A DNA stretch of 32,000 nt from Aeropyrum pernix K1 (GTDB taxonomy: Archaea > Thermoproteota > Thermoprotei_A > Sulfolobales > Acidilobaceae): the NCBI RefSeq assembly GCF_000011125.1, contig NC_000854.2, positions 90,001 to 122,000 on the forward strand, written 5' to 3'. The translations under genes were made by a program, and so were the position numbers. The first letter of the stretch is position 1. Each line of letters begins with the position of its first letter. Positions 8,855 through 17,853 of this stretch are shown here, piece by piece. The notes below the pieces were generated by a model. That model searched no databases, had not been told where the DNA came from, and saw only the letters and a program-made list of their open reading frames with translations.

Positions 8855-9163
8855 ATGTTCTATATCAGGAGGGTTGAGACGCCTGAGGGTCTTGTGATGG
8901 TTCTGGTTACGGATGAGGATGTGATGGAGAGGGCTGTTTACGATGAGGAGAGGGGCGTTAGAATAATAGTTAGCAGGAGCTTCTACGGAGGTAGTCTAGG
9001 CACCGAGGCGGATGCTATTAAGACTATAGAGAAGGCCGACATAATCGTCCTTACAGGGGAGAAGAGCGTGTCCATAGGTGTTAGAATGGGCCTCGTAAAT
9101 CCCGACAGCGTGCTCGAGGTTAAGGGTATAAAGCAGGTTCAAGTCTTCAAATTCTCATACTAA
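8855..9163 (+). CDS. DUF424-like small archaeal protein (track ORF starts at 8807)
   Basis: ATG at 8855 gives 'MFYIRRVETPEGLVMVLVTDEDVMERAVYDEERGVRIIVSRSFYGG', resembling the DUF424 family. Confidence 0.6.
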   Translation: MFYIRRVETPEGLVMVLVTDEDVMERAVYDEERGVRIIVSRSFYGGSLGTEADAIKTIEKADIIVLTGEKSVSIGVRMGLVNPDSVLEVKGIKQVQVFKFSY

Positions 9164-9283
9164 ACTATCTCTGACTATGTTAACAGGTAATAATGTTTAG
9201 CCGCACGGCGATTGGGGCGCGAATTTAGCTTCCCCTATTTAAGCTGTGGCTACTAGCTTGGTGGTTACAATGGGTAGGCTATC

Positions 9284-10084
9284 TTGCCGGATATCGCTGT
9301 TCTCGTTAAGGCTAGTCTCAACCCAGACATGGCCCGGATAGGGCCTGACGATAGTGTAGATCTCAACTCCATACCCCTCAAGATTTCTGATATTGATAGA
9401 AACGCTGTTGAAGAGGCTGTTAAGCTGAAGGAGAAGCTTGGCGGTAAGCTATATGCAGTCTCCGTCCTAACATGGGGGCCTGTGAAGCTTAGGAATAAGG
9501 ACCTGAGGCTGGCAGTCCAGGAGGCCCTGGCTAAGGGTGTTGACGAGGCTATAGTAGTTGCTGACGATGAATTAACTCCAGGCGACCAGACTACAACAGC
9601 CAAAGCTATCAAAGCAGCGCTGGAAAAGCATGGGGTGAAGCCCGAGCTAATACTGGCAGGAGAGGCTACCATAGACGAGGTTACAAGCCAGGTCCCTGGC
9701 AGGCTGGCCTCCCTACTAGGATATAAGTATCTGAGCTTCGTGAGAAAGTTAGACGTCGACAACGGCAGGATAATCGCAGAAAGAGATCTGGAAGACTATA
9801 TCGAGGTCGTGGAGGCAAGTCTCCCCGCCGTAGTGAGTGTGACCCAGGAGATAAACGAGCCAAGGCCTCCAACACTCCTGCAGATAAGGAGGGCCGCAAG
9901 GAAACCGGTAAAGGAGTATAGCGCTTCTGAGCTTGAGAATGTAGGGAAACCTGTGAGGCGTATAGTACAGATTAGGGGAGTCCAGGTTAAGAGGAAGCAG
10001 CAAATAATTGAGGGCGATAATCTTGAAGAGATCGCGGAGAAGCTGATTGAAGCGTTAGCCAGAGAAGGTGTTCTAAAGCTCTAG
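9284..10084 (+). CDS. etfB: Electron transfer flavoprotein beta subunit (FixA-like)
   Basis: 'DIAVLVKASLNPD', 'DRNAVEEAVKLKEKLGGKLYAVSVLTWGP', 'EATIDEVTSQVPGRLASLLG', 'PPTLLQIRRAARKPV'. Confidence 0.93.
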   Translation: MPDIAVLVKASLNPDMARIGPDDSVDLNSIPLKISDIDRNAVEEAVKLKEKLGGKLYAVSVLTWGPVKLRNKDLRLAVQEALAKGVDEAIVVADDELTPGDQTTTAKAIKAALEKHGVKPELILAGEATIDEVTSQVPGRLASLLGYKYLSFVRKLDVDNGRIIAERDLEDYIEVVEASLPAVVSVTQEINEPRPPTLLQIRRAARKPVKEYSASELENVGKPVRRIVQIRGVQVKRKQQIIEGDNLEEIAEKLIEALAREGVLKL

Positions 10085-10103
10085 AGATAGGGGGTGGAGT
10101 AGC

Positions 10104-11030
10104 GTGAAGGTCTTGGCCGTTGCGTACGATCCACGGGACTTTGGCGAGCTTGCTACAGGTGTAAGGGATAGCCTTGGCGACGCCGAGCTGGTTTTCCTTG
10201 CAGTCCACAAGGCAGCCGAAGAGCCGGGCAAGGCTTCGGGATACTCAGAAAAGGTCTTTGTATCGAGGACCTCCAGCCCTGAGAGCATAGCACTCCTCCT
10301 AGAGAAGCTGATTTCAGAGGAGAAGCCTGACATCATAGTTGGAGAGGCTTATAAGAATCTTCGTGACGCCCTTTCCAGGGTCGCTGGCAAACTCGACCTC
10401 CCTATGGCAACCGATGTGTCTTCCTTTAGTGTGGAGAATGGGAAAGTGAAGTTCAGGAAGGGATTTCTAAGCGAGAAGGCCGTCATGGAGGCTGAGATAC
10501 CAAAGCCAGCTGTCATACTTTTCCTAACGCGGTTCACTAAACCCAAGGAGATTAGTCCTGAAAGTCAGGCTAGGATCGTTGAACTAGAACCTCCTCAGGG
10601 TGAGACGAAGGTAGTTGAAACAAGGCCCAAAGAGATGGGAGGCGCGAACCTAGAGGAGGCTGAAATAATAGTGGGAGTCGGTAGGGGCTTCAAGTCTAAG
10701 GAGGACCTGAAGCTAGCCTTCGAGCTTGCGGAGCTTCTAAACGCACAGATAGGCTGTACAAGGCCCATAGCGGCAGATCTAAAGTGGTTATCTGAGGATC
10801 ACTGGATAGGCATAAGCGGTAAGAGGGTGGCTCCCAAACTCTATCTAGCAATAGGAATAAGCGGGAGTCCCCAGCACATGTCTGGAGTGCAGAACGCCAA
10901 GATTATCGTAGCTGTTAACAAGGATAAGAACGCTCCAATATTTAAGCAGGCGGACTATGGGGTTGTCGCCGACCTTTACCAGTTTATACCAGTTCTCATC
11001 AAGAAGCTTAGAGAGAGAAAGAGTAACTAG
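10104..11030 (+). CDS. etfA: Electron transfer flavoprotein alpha subunit (FixB-like)
   Basis: C-terminal FAD domain 'EEAEIIVGVGRGFKSKEDLKLAFELAELLNAQIGCTRPIAADLKWLSEDHWIGISGKRVAPKLYLAIGISGSPQHMSGVQ...ADYGVVADLYQFIPVL'. Confidence 0.95.
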   Translation: MKVLAVAYDPRDFGELATGVRDSLGDAELVFLAVHKAAEEPGKASGYSEKVFVSRTSSPESIALLLEKLISEEKPDIIVGEAYKNLRDALSRVAGKLDLPMATDVSSFSVENGKVKFRKGFLSEKAVMEAEIPKPAVILFLTRFTKPKEISPESQARIVELEPPQGETKVVETRPKEMGGANLEEAEIIVGVGRGFKSKEDLKLAFELAELLNAQIGCTRPIAADLKWLSEDHWIGISGKRVAPKLYLAIGISGSPQHMSGVQNAKIIVAVNKDKNAPIFKQADYGVVADLYQFIPVLIKKLRERKSN

Positions 11031-11116
11031 GCAGGAGGCACAGCGGCGAACTAACCCTAAATCCGCAGGGTCGGATCAACAGCTTTTCACCGTTTTATAA
11101 TCTTGGGCGTTAGAGG

Positions 11117-12256
11117 GTGTGTAATGTGGCAGAACTCTTCATTCCAGACGAGCCTATTATCGAGGTGACGGCTGTCCTTAGCGCTATTCTAATCCTAGTT
11201 TTAGTCCTCCCTTTCAAGGTTAGGATTGTAGAGGAGAACCTTGAAGCATTCTTCTTCATTATGGGTCTTCTGGGTGTTGCAACGATTTACTACTACGGTA
11301 TACTGCCTACACCGGACTCACTCATAGGCCTATTCATAAAGGCGTTCAAGACCCCCTTGGCTATTGCCCATGTTGGTCCCATACCCATAGGGATAGTTCA
11401 GGCCGTCGTATTCTTCGGTCTTGTCTTCTACTTCTTCCACAAGCACATATACTCTATCCTGGCCTCCACGATGGAAAAAGTCGGCATACCAGTCTTCGCC
11501 TTCATATTAACATTCCTGCTAGGCCTCATATCAAGCGTTATCTCGGTAATAGTTACAGCTGTGATACTAGCCGAAATAGCAGCAGCTCTTAACATCTCAA
11601 GAGAGCGTAAGGTGAAGTACGTTGTCTACGCCTCTTTCGCCGTAGGCATTGGCGCGGCCCTCACACCCCTCGGAGAACCCCTATCCACTATAGCAATCTC
11701 CAAGCTCAACGCTCACTTCACCTACCTCATAGACATACTTGGTGTCTATATAGTTCCCGGAATAGCCGTCTCGGCAGTAGCCGCCGCCTACAGTCTCCGG
11801 GGGGAGGTGTATAGGGAGGGGCTAGTCAAGTTTGTCTACGAGGAGAGCATAAACGAAATCCTCCTCAGAGGATTCAGGGTCTTCCTCTTCGTTGCTGCGC
11901 TAGAGCTTCTGGGAGCCTCCTTCACCCCCATGGTAAAATGGTATTTCGCACAGCTTCCCTCATGGGCTCTCTACTGGATAAACACTATTTCAGCTGTTGT
12001 TGACAACGCCACCCTAACAGCAGCTGAGATGGGACCGTTCCTCACGGAGGAGCAGATAAGGAGCGCCTTAATGTCTCTCCTCATATCAGGCGGTATGCTC
12101 ATACCCGGCAACATACCCAATATAGTCGCCGCTGGCAGGCTCAGAATAACTATGAACGAGTGGGCAAGGGTCGGTGTACCGTTCGGGATAGCGCTCCTTC
12201 TGGCCTACTTTATCGTGATAGAGGTCCTAGACATACACATAACCCTAAGTTTTTGA
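11117..12256 (+). CDS. DUF1646 family putative cation transporter
   Basis: Polytopic; 'VGIGAALTPLGEPLSTIAISKL' and 'VVDNATLTAAEMGP...LLISGGMLIPGNIPNIVAAGRL'. Confidence 0.8.
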   Translation: MCNVAELFIPDEPIIEVTAVLSAILILVLVLPFKVRIVEENLEAFFFIMGLLGVATIYYYGILPTPDSLIGLFIKAFKTPLAIAHVGPIPIGIVQAVVFFGLVFYFFHKHIYSILASTMEKVGIPVFAFILTFLLGLISSVISVIVTAVILAEIAAALNISRERKVKYVVYASFAVGIGAALTPLGEPLSTIAISKLNAHFTYLIDILGVYIVPGIAVSAVAAAYSLRGEVYREGLVKFVYEESINEILLRGFRVFLFVAALELLGASFTPMVKWYFAQLPSWALYWINTISAVVDNATLTAAEMGPFLTEEQIRSALMSLLISGGMLIPGNIPNIVAAGRLRITMNEWARVGVPFGIALLLAYFIVIEVLDIHITLSF

Positions 12257-12361
12257 CGCTGCCCCACTAGATTCCACACTAACCTTATATAAAGCGTGCG
12301 AAGAACTTAATGTACATTAAACCATGTAGCATGTAGTTAAATCAAGTTTAACGGAATCTTA

Positions 12362-13879
12362 TTGCTGTGGTGCATAGGTGTGGCTAAGGCTTCGGCGGAA
12401 TCATTGGGAGGTACGGTCGCTAGCGAGGAGTCTATCGCCAGCTATATAGGAGCGGGGATCCTATCGTCTGGGGGCAACGCTGTGGACGCTGCTGTAGCAA
12501 CCTCATTAGCATTGACAGTGCTCATTCCCCACCTCGGAGGCGTGGGTGGCGACTTCTTCATGCTATACCGTTCACCCGAGGGGAGGGTGTTCTTCGTGAA
12601 CGGAAGCGGCTTCGCGCCTAGGAGGCTCACGAGGGAGGAAGTGCTTGGAAGGGGCCTGCAGGAGATACCGGAGTCAGGCCCCCTATCACCAACAACCCCG
12701 GGTTATCTCGCGGGGCTATACCACTCGTGGAGGAGCTTCGGCACAATGGAGTGGGCTAGCCTTGTAAAGCCGGCTAGACTACTAGCATCTAGAGGCTTCC
12801 CTCTACCCCCCTCAACCGCCAGATCGCTGAAGCTCAGGAGGGAGTGTTTAGAGGCGGATCCTGGGAGTAGGGAGGCAGTGCTTAAGACGCTTCCCCGCGA
12901 GGAGGGCTCTCCAGCCCGCCTCCCAGGCCTTGCCGCCCTACTGTCAGGGGTTGAGGAGGACCCCCTATACCTGTACCAGGGCGAGCCTGCGGAGGCGCTG
13001 GAGGAGTACCTAGCGTCGATAGGTGGCGTGATGGGGGCTGAGGACCTGGCTGGGACCCGTGGGTTCACAGCAGAGCCTCTCTACTCTGAATACCGGGGCT
13101 GGAAGGTGTGGGAGATGCCCCCGAACACCCAAGGCGTCACAACCCTTCACCTTCTAATGCTCCTTGAGGAGGAGGAGCTCCCGGAGCCGTTCTCCCCAGA
13201 GAGGGTTGATATCCTGGCTGGCCTTGCTAGGATGGCTTATTCTATCCGCGACAGGTATGTAGGTGATCCCAGGTACATGCCTATAGACCCGCATGAGCTC
13301 GCGCGCAAGGAGACGCTTCTGAAGTTGCTTGGCCAAGAAGAGTCCAATGGCAGTAAGGCCACGGGGGACACTACCTTCTTCGCAGTTGCCGACAGGGAGG
13401 GTGGGATTGTGGCAGGCATACAGAGCCTATTCTACCCGTGGGGGAGCTGCGTGACGGAACCCAGGTTCCAGGTGACGCTGAACAACAGGGCTAGGGGGTT
13501 TACACTAAAAGAGGGGCTTCCCAGCACGCTGAGGCCAGGTGCCTTCCCCCTTCACACTCTCTCCTCGGTAATCATGGAGCAGAGGGAGAGAGTTATAGCT
13601 CTGGGAGCTAGTGGAGGCCACCTAAGGCCACAGCAGCACGCCCTCTTCGTCACCAACATAGTAGACTATGGCATGAACGTGTTGGACGCTATAAACGCCC
13701 CTCGAGCCGTCTGGGACCCCGGCAGGGGCGAGATTCTATGTGAGGAAGGCTTCGGCTGCCGCCCAAGCTGGAGGAAGGTGGAGCGGATAGGCGTAGCGAA
13801 CGCCGTCGAAGTAGCTGGAAGTGTCAAGAGGGGCTATACAGATATGAGGGGGGACGGCCTACCAGCAGTGGCCCCCTAG
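12362..13879 (+). CDS. ggt: Gamma-glutamyltransferase family Ntn-hydrolase
   Basis: 'VASEESIASYIGAGILSSGGNAVDAAVATSLALTVLIPHLGGVGGDFFMLY'; catalytic Thr region 'GDTTFFAVADREGGIVAGIQSLFYPWGS'; C-terminal 'GASGGHLRPQQHA'. Confidence 0.9.
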   Translation: MLWCIGVAKASAESLGGTVASEESIASYIGAGILSSGGNAVDAAVATSLALTVLIPHLGGVGGDFFMLYRSPEGRVFFVNGSGFAPRRLTREEVLGRGLQEIPESGPLSPTTPGYLAGLYHSWRSFGTMEWASLVKPARLLASRGFPLPPSTARSLKLRRECLEADPGSREAVLKTLPREEGSPARLPGLAALLSGVEEDPLYLYQGEPAEALEEYLASIGGVMGAEDLAGTRGFTAEPLYSEYRGWKVWEMPPNTQGVTTLHLLMLLEEEELPEPFSPERVDILAGLARMAYSIRDRYVGDPRYMPIDPHELARKETLLKLLGQEESNGSKATGDTTFFAVADREGGIVAGIQSLFYPWGSCVTEPRFQVTLNNRARGFTLKEGLPSTLRPGAFPLHTLSSVIMEQRERVIALGASGGHLRPQQHALFVTNIVDYGMNVLDAINAPRAVWDPGRGEILCEEGFGCRPSWRKVERIGVANAVEVAGSVKRGYTDMRGDGLPAVAP

Positions 13880-13960
13880 CAGCCAACCCCTATTACCTCC
13901 TACGCCATACATTTACCACGCGGTATCAAGTTTGATGCTGCATGTTGGGGTGATCGGAGT

Positions 13961-14827
13961 TTGGCAAAAGTTTTAGAACACATCCTACTACCCCTGGATC
14001 TATCGGAGGTCTCTAAGCCGCTGGCCATTTCTGTAGCCGAGCTAGCGTCTAGACACAAATCCAGGGTAACCCTACTCCATGTAATCGAAGAGGCTATGGT
14101 TATACATGTCGCAGCCGGTTACGACGTCTCGAGCCTCATACGCTCTATCGAGAAGAATGCGAGGGAGAAGCTGGATAAGATCAAGAAACTTATGATGGAG
14201 AAGGGAGCAAATGTTGTAGTGTACGAGGACATACCTGTTGGCAACCCGGGGACCGTGATTAGTGAGGTAGCGGAGGAGGTAGGTGCCACGGAGATCGTTA
14301 TGGGTAGTAAAGGACTCGGAATCTTCAGAATACTCCCCCTGGGCTCGACGGTGAGAGAGACGGTAAAGATTTCTAGAAAACCTGTGATAAGACTTAAGAC
14401 ATATAAGGAGAATGGTCATGTAAAAGTGGCCTACAGCCCTATGCTCTTCAGGAAGATTCTGGTCGGTGCCGACAGAAACACCTCAAAATCTATGATAGAC
14501 TATGCGGTGAACGCCGCTTCAACGGACGATGGAAAGGTTATACTCGCACACATAATAGAACCCCCCCTCGAGGAGCCTAGCTACGAGGTCAAAAACGTTT
14601 TCAAATACGGGGAGAAGGCGGGTGAAGAGAGGGGTGTCGAGGTGGAGATAGTAGTAGCCCGGGGGAGGCCGGATAAAATGCTCACTGCAATAGCCTCACA
14701 GATGGATGCGAGCAGCGTGCTAGTCGGTAGGACTGTGGAGAGGAGGCTTAGCGAGCTCATCCTCGGTTCAACTTTAGACAGATTAATGACCCTGTGCGAG
14801 CTACCGCTAATCGTATACCCACTTTGA
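13961..14827 (+). CDS. Tandem universal stress protein (two UspA domains)
   Basis: 'HILLPLDLSEVSKPLAISVAELA...VMGSKGLGIFRILPLGSTVRETVKISRKPV' followed by 'KILVGADRNTSKSMIDYAV...VLVGRTVERRLSELILGSTLDRLM'. Confidence 0.88.
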   Translation: MAKVLEHILLPLDLSEVSKPLAISVAELASRHKSRVTLLHVIEEAMVIHVAAGYDVSSLIRSIEKNAREKLDKIKKLMMEKGANVVVYEDIPVGNPGTVISEVAEEVGATEIVMGSKGLGIFRILPLGSTVRETVKISRKPVIRLKTYKENGHVKVAYSPMLFRKILVGADRNTSKSMIDYAVNAASTDDGKVILAHIIEPPLEEPSYEVKNVFKYGEKAGEERGVEVEIVVARGRPDKMLTAIASQMDASSVLVGRTVERRLSELILGSTLDRLMTLCELPLIVYPL

Positions 14828-14875
14828 CAGCCAGCTGTACCCCACGCCGAGAACAACCCCACCTCCTATGCTGAG

Positions 14876-16090
14876 GTGGAGGAGCCTGTGGTGGAAAAGG
14901 TCTTGGCCACCGGCGTTGGCGCTGCCAAAGCAGCCAGGGGGTCAAGCATAATATATAGGAAGTGGGTAAGGGGTACTGGGGGTCTTATAAGCGGCGATCT
15001 AGTCGAGGTTATTGACAGGAACGGTAGTGAAATAGCCTGCGGCCTTTGGGAGGAAAACACGCCTGTCGCCGTGAGGATAATTCATTGGGGCAAGTGTCTC
15101 GAGAGATCCCCGGAGGAGGCCTTAGAGCGGGCGCTTGAGGCAGCCTACAAGGCTAGGGTTAGAAGCAAATGGGCCGTTGAGTTCGATAGCTACAGGCTCA
15201 TCAACAGTGATGGAGACAGGCTCTCAGGGCTTATAGCTGATGTGTATAAGGACGTTGCAGTGGTCCAATCCAGCAGCCCAGCTATAGACAGACACATCAG
15301 CTACATATCACAAGCTATACGAAAGTTCACAGGAGTTACCCACGTGTATGAGAAGAGTGTCCAAAGAAGCAGGCTCGACATAGGCTTGGAGCCCAGGAGG
15401 AGGTGGCTGATGGGCAGGAGGAAGGAGGTAGTTATCGAGGAGGGGCAAGCCAGGTTCATCGTGGACGTTGAGAGAGGCCAGAAAACCGGGTTCTTCCTAG
15501 ACCAGAGGGTAAACAGGCTAGAGCTTGCTAGAGTAGCGGGCCCAGGCGACTCGGTTTTAGACGTGTTCTCCTACACGGGAGGTTTCGGTATTCACGCGCT
15601 CCTCTCCGGCGCTTCCAAGGCTGTATTCATCGAGGAGGACGCGCACGCCGTTAAACTTCTCCGCAAAAACCTTAGACTCAACGGAATTCAAGAGAATAAA
15701 GCGCTAATACTCAACACTAGCATATGGAAGGCTATACAGGCAGGAGAGCCCAGAGAGTCCTTCGATATAGTGACTGTCGACCCGCCCGCCTTCATCCAGA
15801 AGCCTGGACAAGAGGCTAAGAAGAGGGGTTTTAGGGCATACAAGTCCTCCTACCTTTTCGCCCTTGAGCGGGCCGCAGGAAACAGTATCGTGTATCTAAG
15901 CAGCTGCAGCTACTTCCTGTCCAGGGAAGAGTTCATAACTCTCGTTACTGAAGTCGCATCCGCGCTCGAAAAAGAATATAGGATCCTAGGGGACGTTAGA
16001 GGAGCCTCGCCAGACCATGTCTACCGAGGGGAAGAGTATCTTAGCTACCTGAAGGGAGCGTTTATACATATAGATCCTAGTGTGACTTAA
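14876..16090 (+). CDS. Class I SAM-dependent rRNA methyltransferase, RlmI/RlmK-like with N-terminal PUA domain
   Basis: 'WVRGTGGLISGDLVEVIDRNG', 'LSGLIADVY', 'GQKTGFFLDQRVNR', 'VLDVFSYTGGFGIHAL', 'FDIVTVDPPAFIQ'. Confidence 0.92.
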   Translation: MEEPVVEKVLATGVGAAKAARGSSIIYRKWVRGTGGLISGDLVEVIDRNGSEIACGLWEENTPVAVRIIHWGKCLERSPEEALERALEAAYKARVRSKWAVEFDSYRLINSDGDRLSGLIADVYKDVAVVQSSSPAIDRHISYISQAIRKFTGVTHVYEKSVQRSRLDIGLEPRRRWLMGRRKEVVIEEGQARFIVDVERGQKTGFFLDQRVNRLELARVAGPGDSVLDVFSYTGGFGIHALLSGASKAVFIEEDAHAVKLLRKNLRLNGIQENKALILNTSIWKAIQAGEPRESFDIVTVDPPAFIQKPGQEAKKRGFRAYKSSYLFALERAAGNSIVYLSSCSYFLSREEFITLVTEVASALEKEYRILGDVRGASPDHVYRGEEYLSYLKGAFIHIDPSVT

Positions 16091-16097
16091 CTATGGA

Positions 16098-16181
16098 GGG
16101 CGGTTGATGAGGTGTGGGTGAGCTGCAACCGGATATTCCGACTCGAGACGGTGGGGTTAGAGGATGGCGCCGAGACCGCCC
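16098..16181 (+). ncRNA. Candidate structured RNA closed by GGGCGGT...ACCGCCC
   Basis: Perfect 7 bp closing complementarity over 84 nt in a noncoding gap, followed by a TTGATGA (near box C) right after the 5' arm. No tRNA T-arm. Confidence 0.25.
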
Positions 16182-16244
16182 AGGTAACGATAGTTATATA
16201 GTTTTGCTGTAATCTTTATATACTCGGTCGTTTCTAAATGTTAC

Positions 16245-16259
16245 AATCAATGTTTGATT
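16245..16259. promoter_or_regulatory. Palindrome AATCAA-TGT-TTGATT overlapping the promoter region of the DtxR-like gene; candidate operator
   Basis: Perfect 6-3-6 inverted repeat followed directly by a TATA-like ATTATATTTAA and located about 60 nt upstream of the 16321 start. Confidence 0.45.
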
Positions 16260-16320
16260 ATATTTAACCCATCCAAATACCTGAAGAGTAATGACAGAAA
16301 AAGGATAAGGTGTCGTTCCT

Positions 16321-16863
16321 ATGAGTCGAGGAAGGGCGGACACCGCAGGGGACTGCAGTAAGAATGGCAGAAGGTCGCGAATCCTGCATTATCTAATGGC
16401 AATCTACCTTCTTAACGGCCTTCCTGGGGGCGAGTATGCAAGATTCATTAAGATAGCAAGGCTTCTGGATGTGTCCCCCTCAACAGTAAGCATAATGACG
16501 AGGAGGTTGCAGATGAAAGGGCTTGTGGAACTTATCCCCAACATGGGGGTTAGACTTACGGAGCAAGGCCTAAAGATTCTTTCAAACTACCTCTGGAAAT
16601 CTGCTATACTAGAGGTACTTCTAGCTAGGGCAGGCGTCGATATCGATAATTGCAGGGGTATGGGCCTAAGAATGGCAGAAGGTCTTTCCGACGAGGATGC
16701 ATGGATCCTGTATAAGGTTCTAGGAGAGCCTAAATATTGCCCGCATAAGAAGCCGATAATACCTCCGGACGAGATTAACGCGGAGAACGCTCGCCAAATA
16801 GCATTATGCTGTGGAATTAGCATTCTACAGATTCCAAACAACCGTCTACAGCCGCCTAGCTAG
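16321..16863 (+). CDS. DtxR-like transcriptional regulator, short form without SH3 domain
   Basis: N-terminal wHTH 'RFIKIARLLDVSPSTVSIMTRRLQMKGLVEL...GVRLTEQGLKI' plus metal/dimerisation segment 'ILEVLLARAGVDIDNCRGMGLRMAEGLSDEDAWILYKVLGEPKYCPHKKPIIP'. Confidence 0.8.
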   Translation: MSRGRADTAGDCSKNGRRSRILHYLMAIYLLNGLPGGEYARFIKIARLLDVSPSTVSIMTRRLQMKGLVELIPNMGVRLTEQGLKILSNYLWKSAILEVLLARAGVDIDNCRGMGLRMAEGLSDEDAWILYKVLGEPKYCPHKKPIIPPDEINAENARQIALCCGISILQIPNNRLQPPS

Positions 16864-17050
16864 CATATCCTCCTAGGAGTTTAGAGTTTTGCGTTAAGTC
16901 GTAGTTCTGCGTAGAAGCCCTTATAGATGAGGGGCGGGATCCGACACTAGCTCCCAGCCGACCGGAATTAGCCGGAAAAAGCATAATTAGTACTGAGCTT
17001 ATCGTGAATTGGATAATAAATTTGGATAATAAATAAGGGAGTGGAGTAAG

Positions 17051-17731
17051 TTACTTGCCGTTGCCCTCCGAGGTCCTCTCTCCCTGAGCTGCCACCTTCT
17101 CGAAGGATGGCAGGTCTGGGAAGTGCTCCTTCAGCCTCTGCTCGGCCACTATGCTGGCGTCCTTCAGTATCTTGCTCGCCTCCTCTGAGACGTAGGCATT
17201 GTCTAGCGCTATGGGTACGTGGGCGGTCATCTGCATCATGGCTGCCTGGAGGCTTTCGTCCACTTCCATTAGTTCTGTGAACACGTCAGGCATCATGCCC
17301 TTCAGATGGCCCGCAACCTGTTTCAGGGCCACTATGGCTGGGGCTAGAGTCGCATTTACATCTCCAAACACCATGGCAGTCTCTAGCCTTAGCCTCACCC
17401 TCTCGAGAGCGTACCTTACTGTTATTATAACCTTGGCCATCTTCCTGACTTCGGCTAGCTCGTTGGCATACATTGTAGCCTTGCTCTTATCACCCTCAAC
17501 CAGGGAGTTAACCACCTTCTCAAACAGCATCTTGTCATAGCTCTGCAGCTTTGCTAGGCTGTAGTCAAGCTTGCTTATCTGCCCCTGTATCCTGTAGACA
17601 GCCTGTATTATCTGGTTTCTTATGGGCGGCGGAGGGCTTATGAAGTTCCTCAGCTTCTGGCCGACGGTCTCGGTTGTAGACTCCGGCGGATTCCACTTTT
17701 TAGCCCAGCTTTCCAAGCCCATGGGAGGCAC
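17051..17731 (-). CDS. cdvB: ESCRT-III / Snf7 family cell division protein (CdvB paralog)
   Basis: 'LRNFISPPPPIRNQIIQAVYRIQGQISKLDYSLAKLQSYDKMLFEKVV...ELAEVRKMAKVIITVRYALERVRLRLETAMVFGDVNATLAPAIVALKQVAGHLKGMMPD'. No recognisable C-terminal winged-helix extension. The paralog subtype cannot be assigned by eye. Confidence 0.88.
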   Translation of the reverse strand: MPPMGLESWAKKWNPPESTTETVGQKLRNFISPPPPIRNQIIQAVYRIQGQISKLDYSLAKLQSYDKMLFEKVVNSLVEGDKSKATMYANELAEVRKMAKVIITVRYALERVRLRLETAMVFGDVNATLAPAIVALKQVAGHLKGMMPDVFTELMEVDESLQAAMMQMTAHVPIALDNAYVSEEASKILKDASIVAEQRLKEHFPDLPSFEKVAAQGERTSEGNGK

Positions 17732-17796
17732 CGTAGGGGGTTTAGTAGAGTGTCCCCCATAGAAGGGGAGGGCCTGTACTTCTGGGGCATGACCCG

Positions 17797-17820
17797 TTTT
17801 ATATTCCTGCGAAGTTATAT
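17797..17820. promoter_or_regulatory. Shared divergent promoter region of the ESCRT-III gene and cdvA
   Basis: TTTTATATTCC (17797-17807) reads as TATA-like on both strands; a second TTATAT lies at 17815-17820. The intergenic gap is 122 bp. Confidence 0.4.
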
Positions 17821-17853
17821 CTCGTCGAGCGCTGGAGTGTAGGGTGGATCGCT

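Noticed and set aside
9265-9762. 165-aa antisense ORF opposite etfB
   Set aside because: Low-complexity Ser/Thr/Ala-rich shadow of a highly conserved gene. The same reasoning applies to 3749-4162(-), 4969-5286(-), 12442-12630(-), 14072-14419(-), 17199-17540(+), 17815-18147(-), 18854-19159(+), 27073-27363(+) and 30166-30717(-).
16098-16182. tRNA gene suggested by a 7-bp acceptor-like stem
   Set aside because: No TTC-loop consensus or plausible anticodon arm was seen, so it is kept only as a candidate structured RNA.
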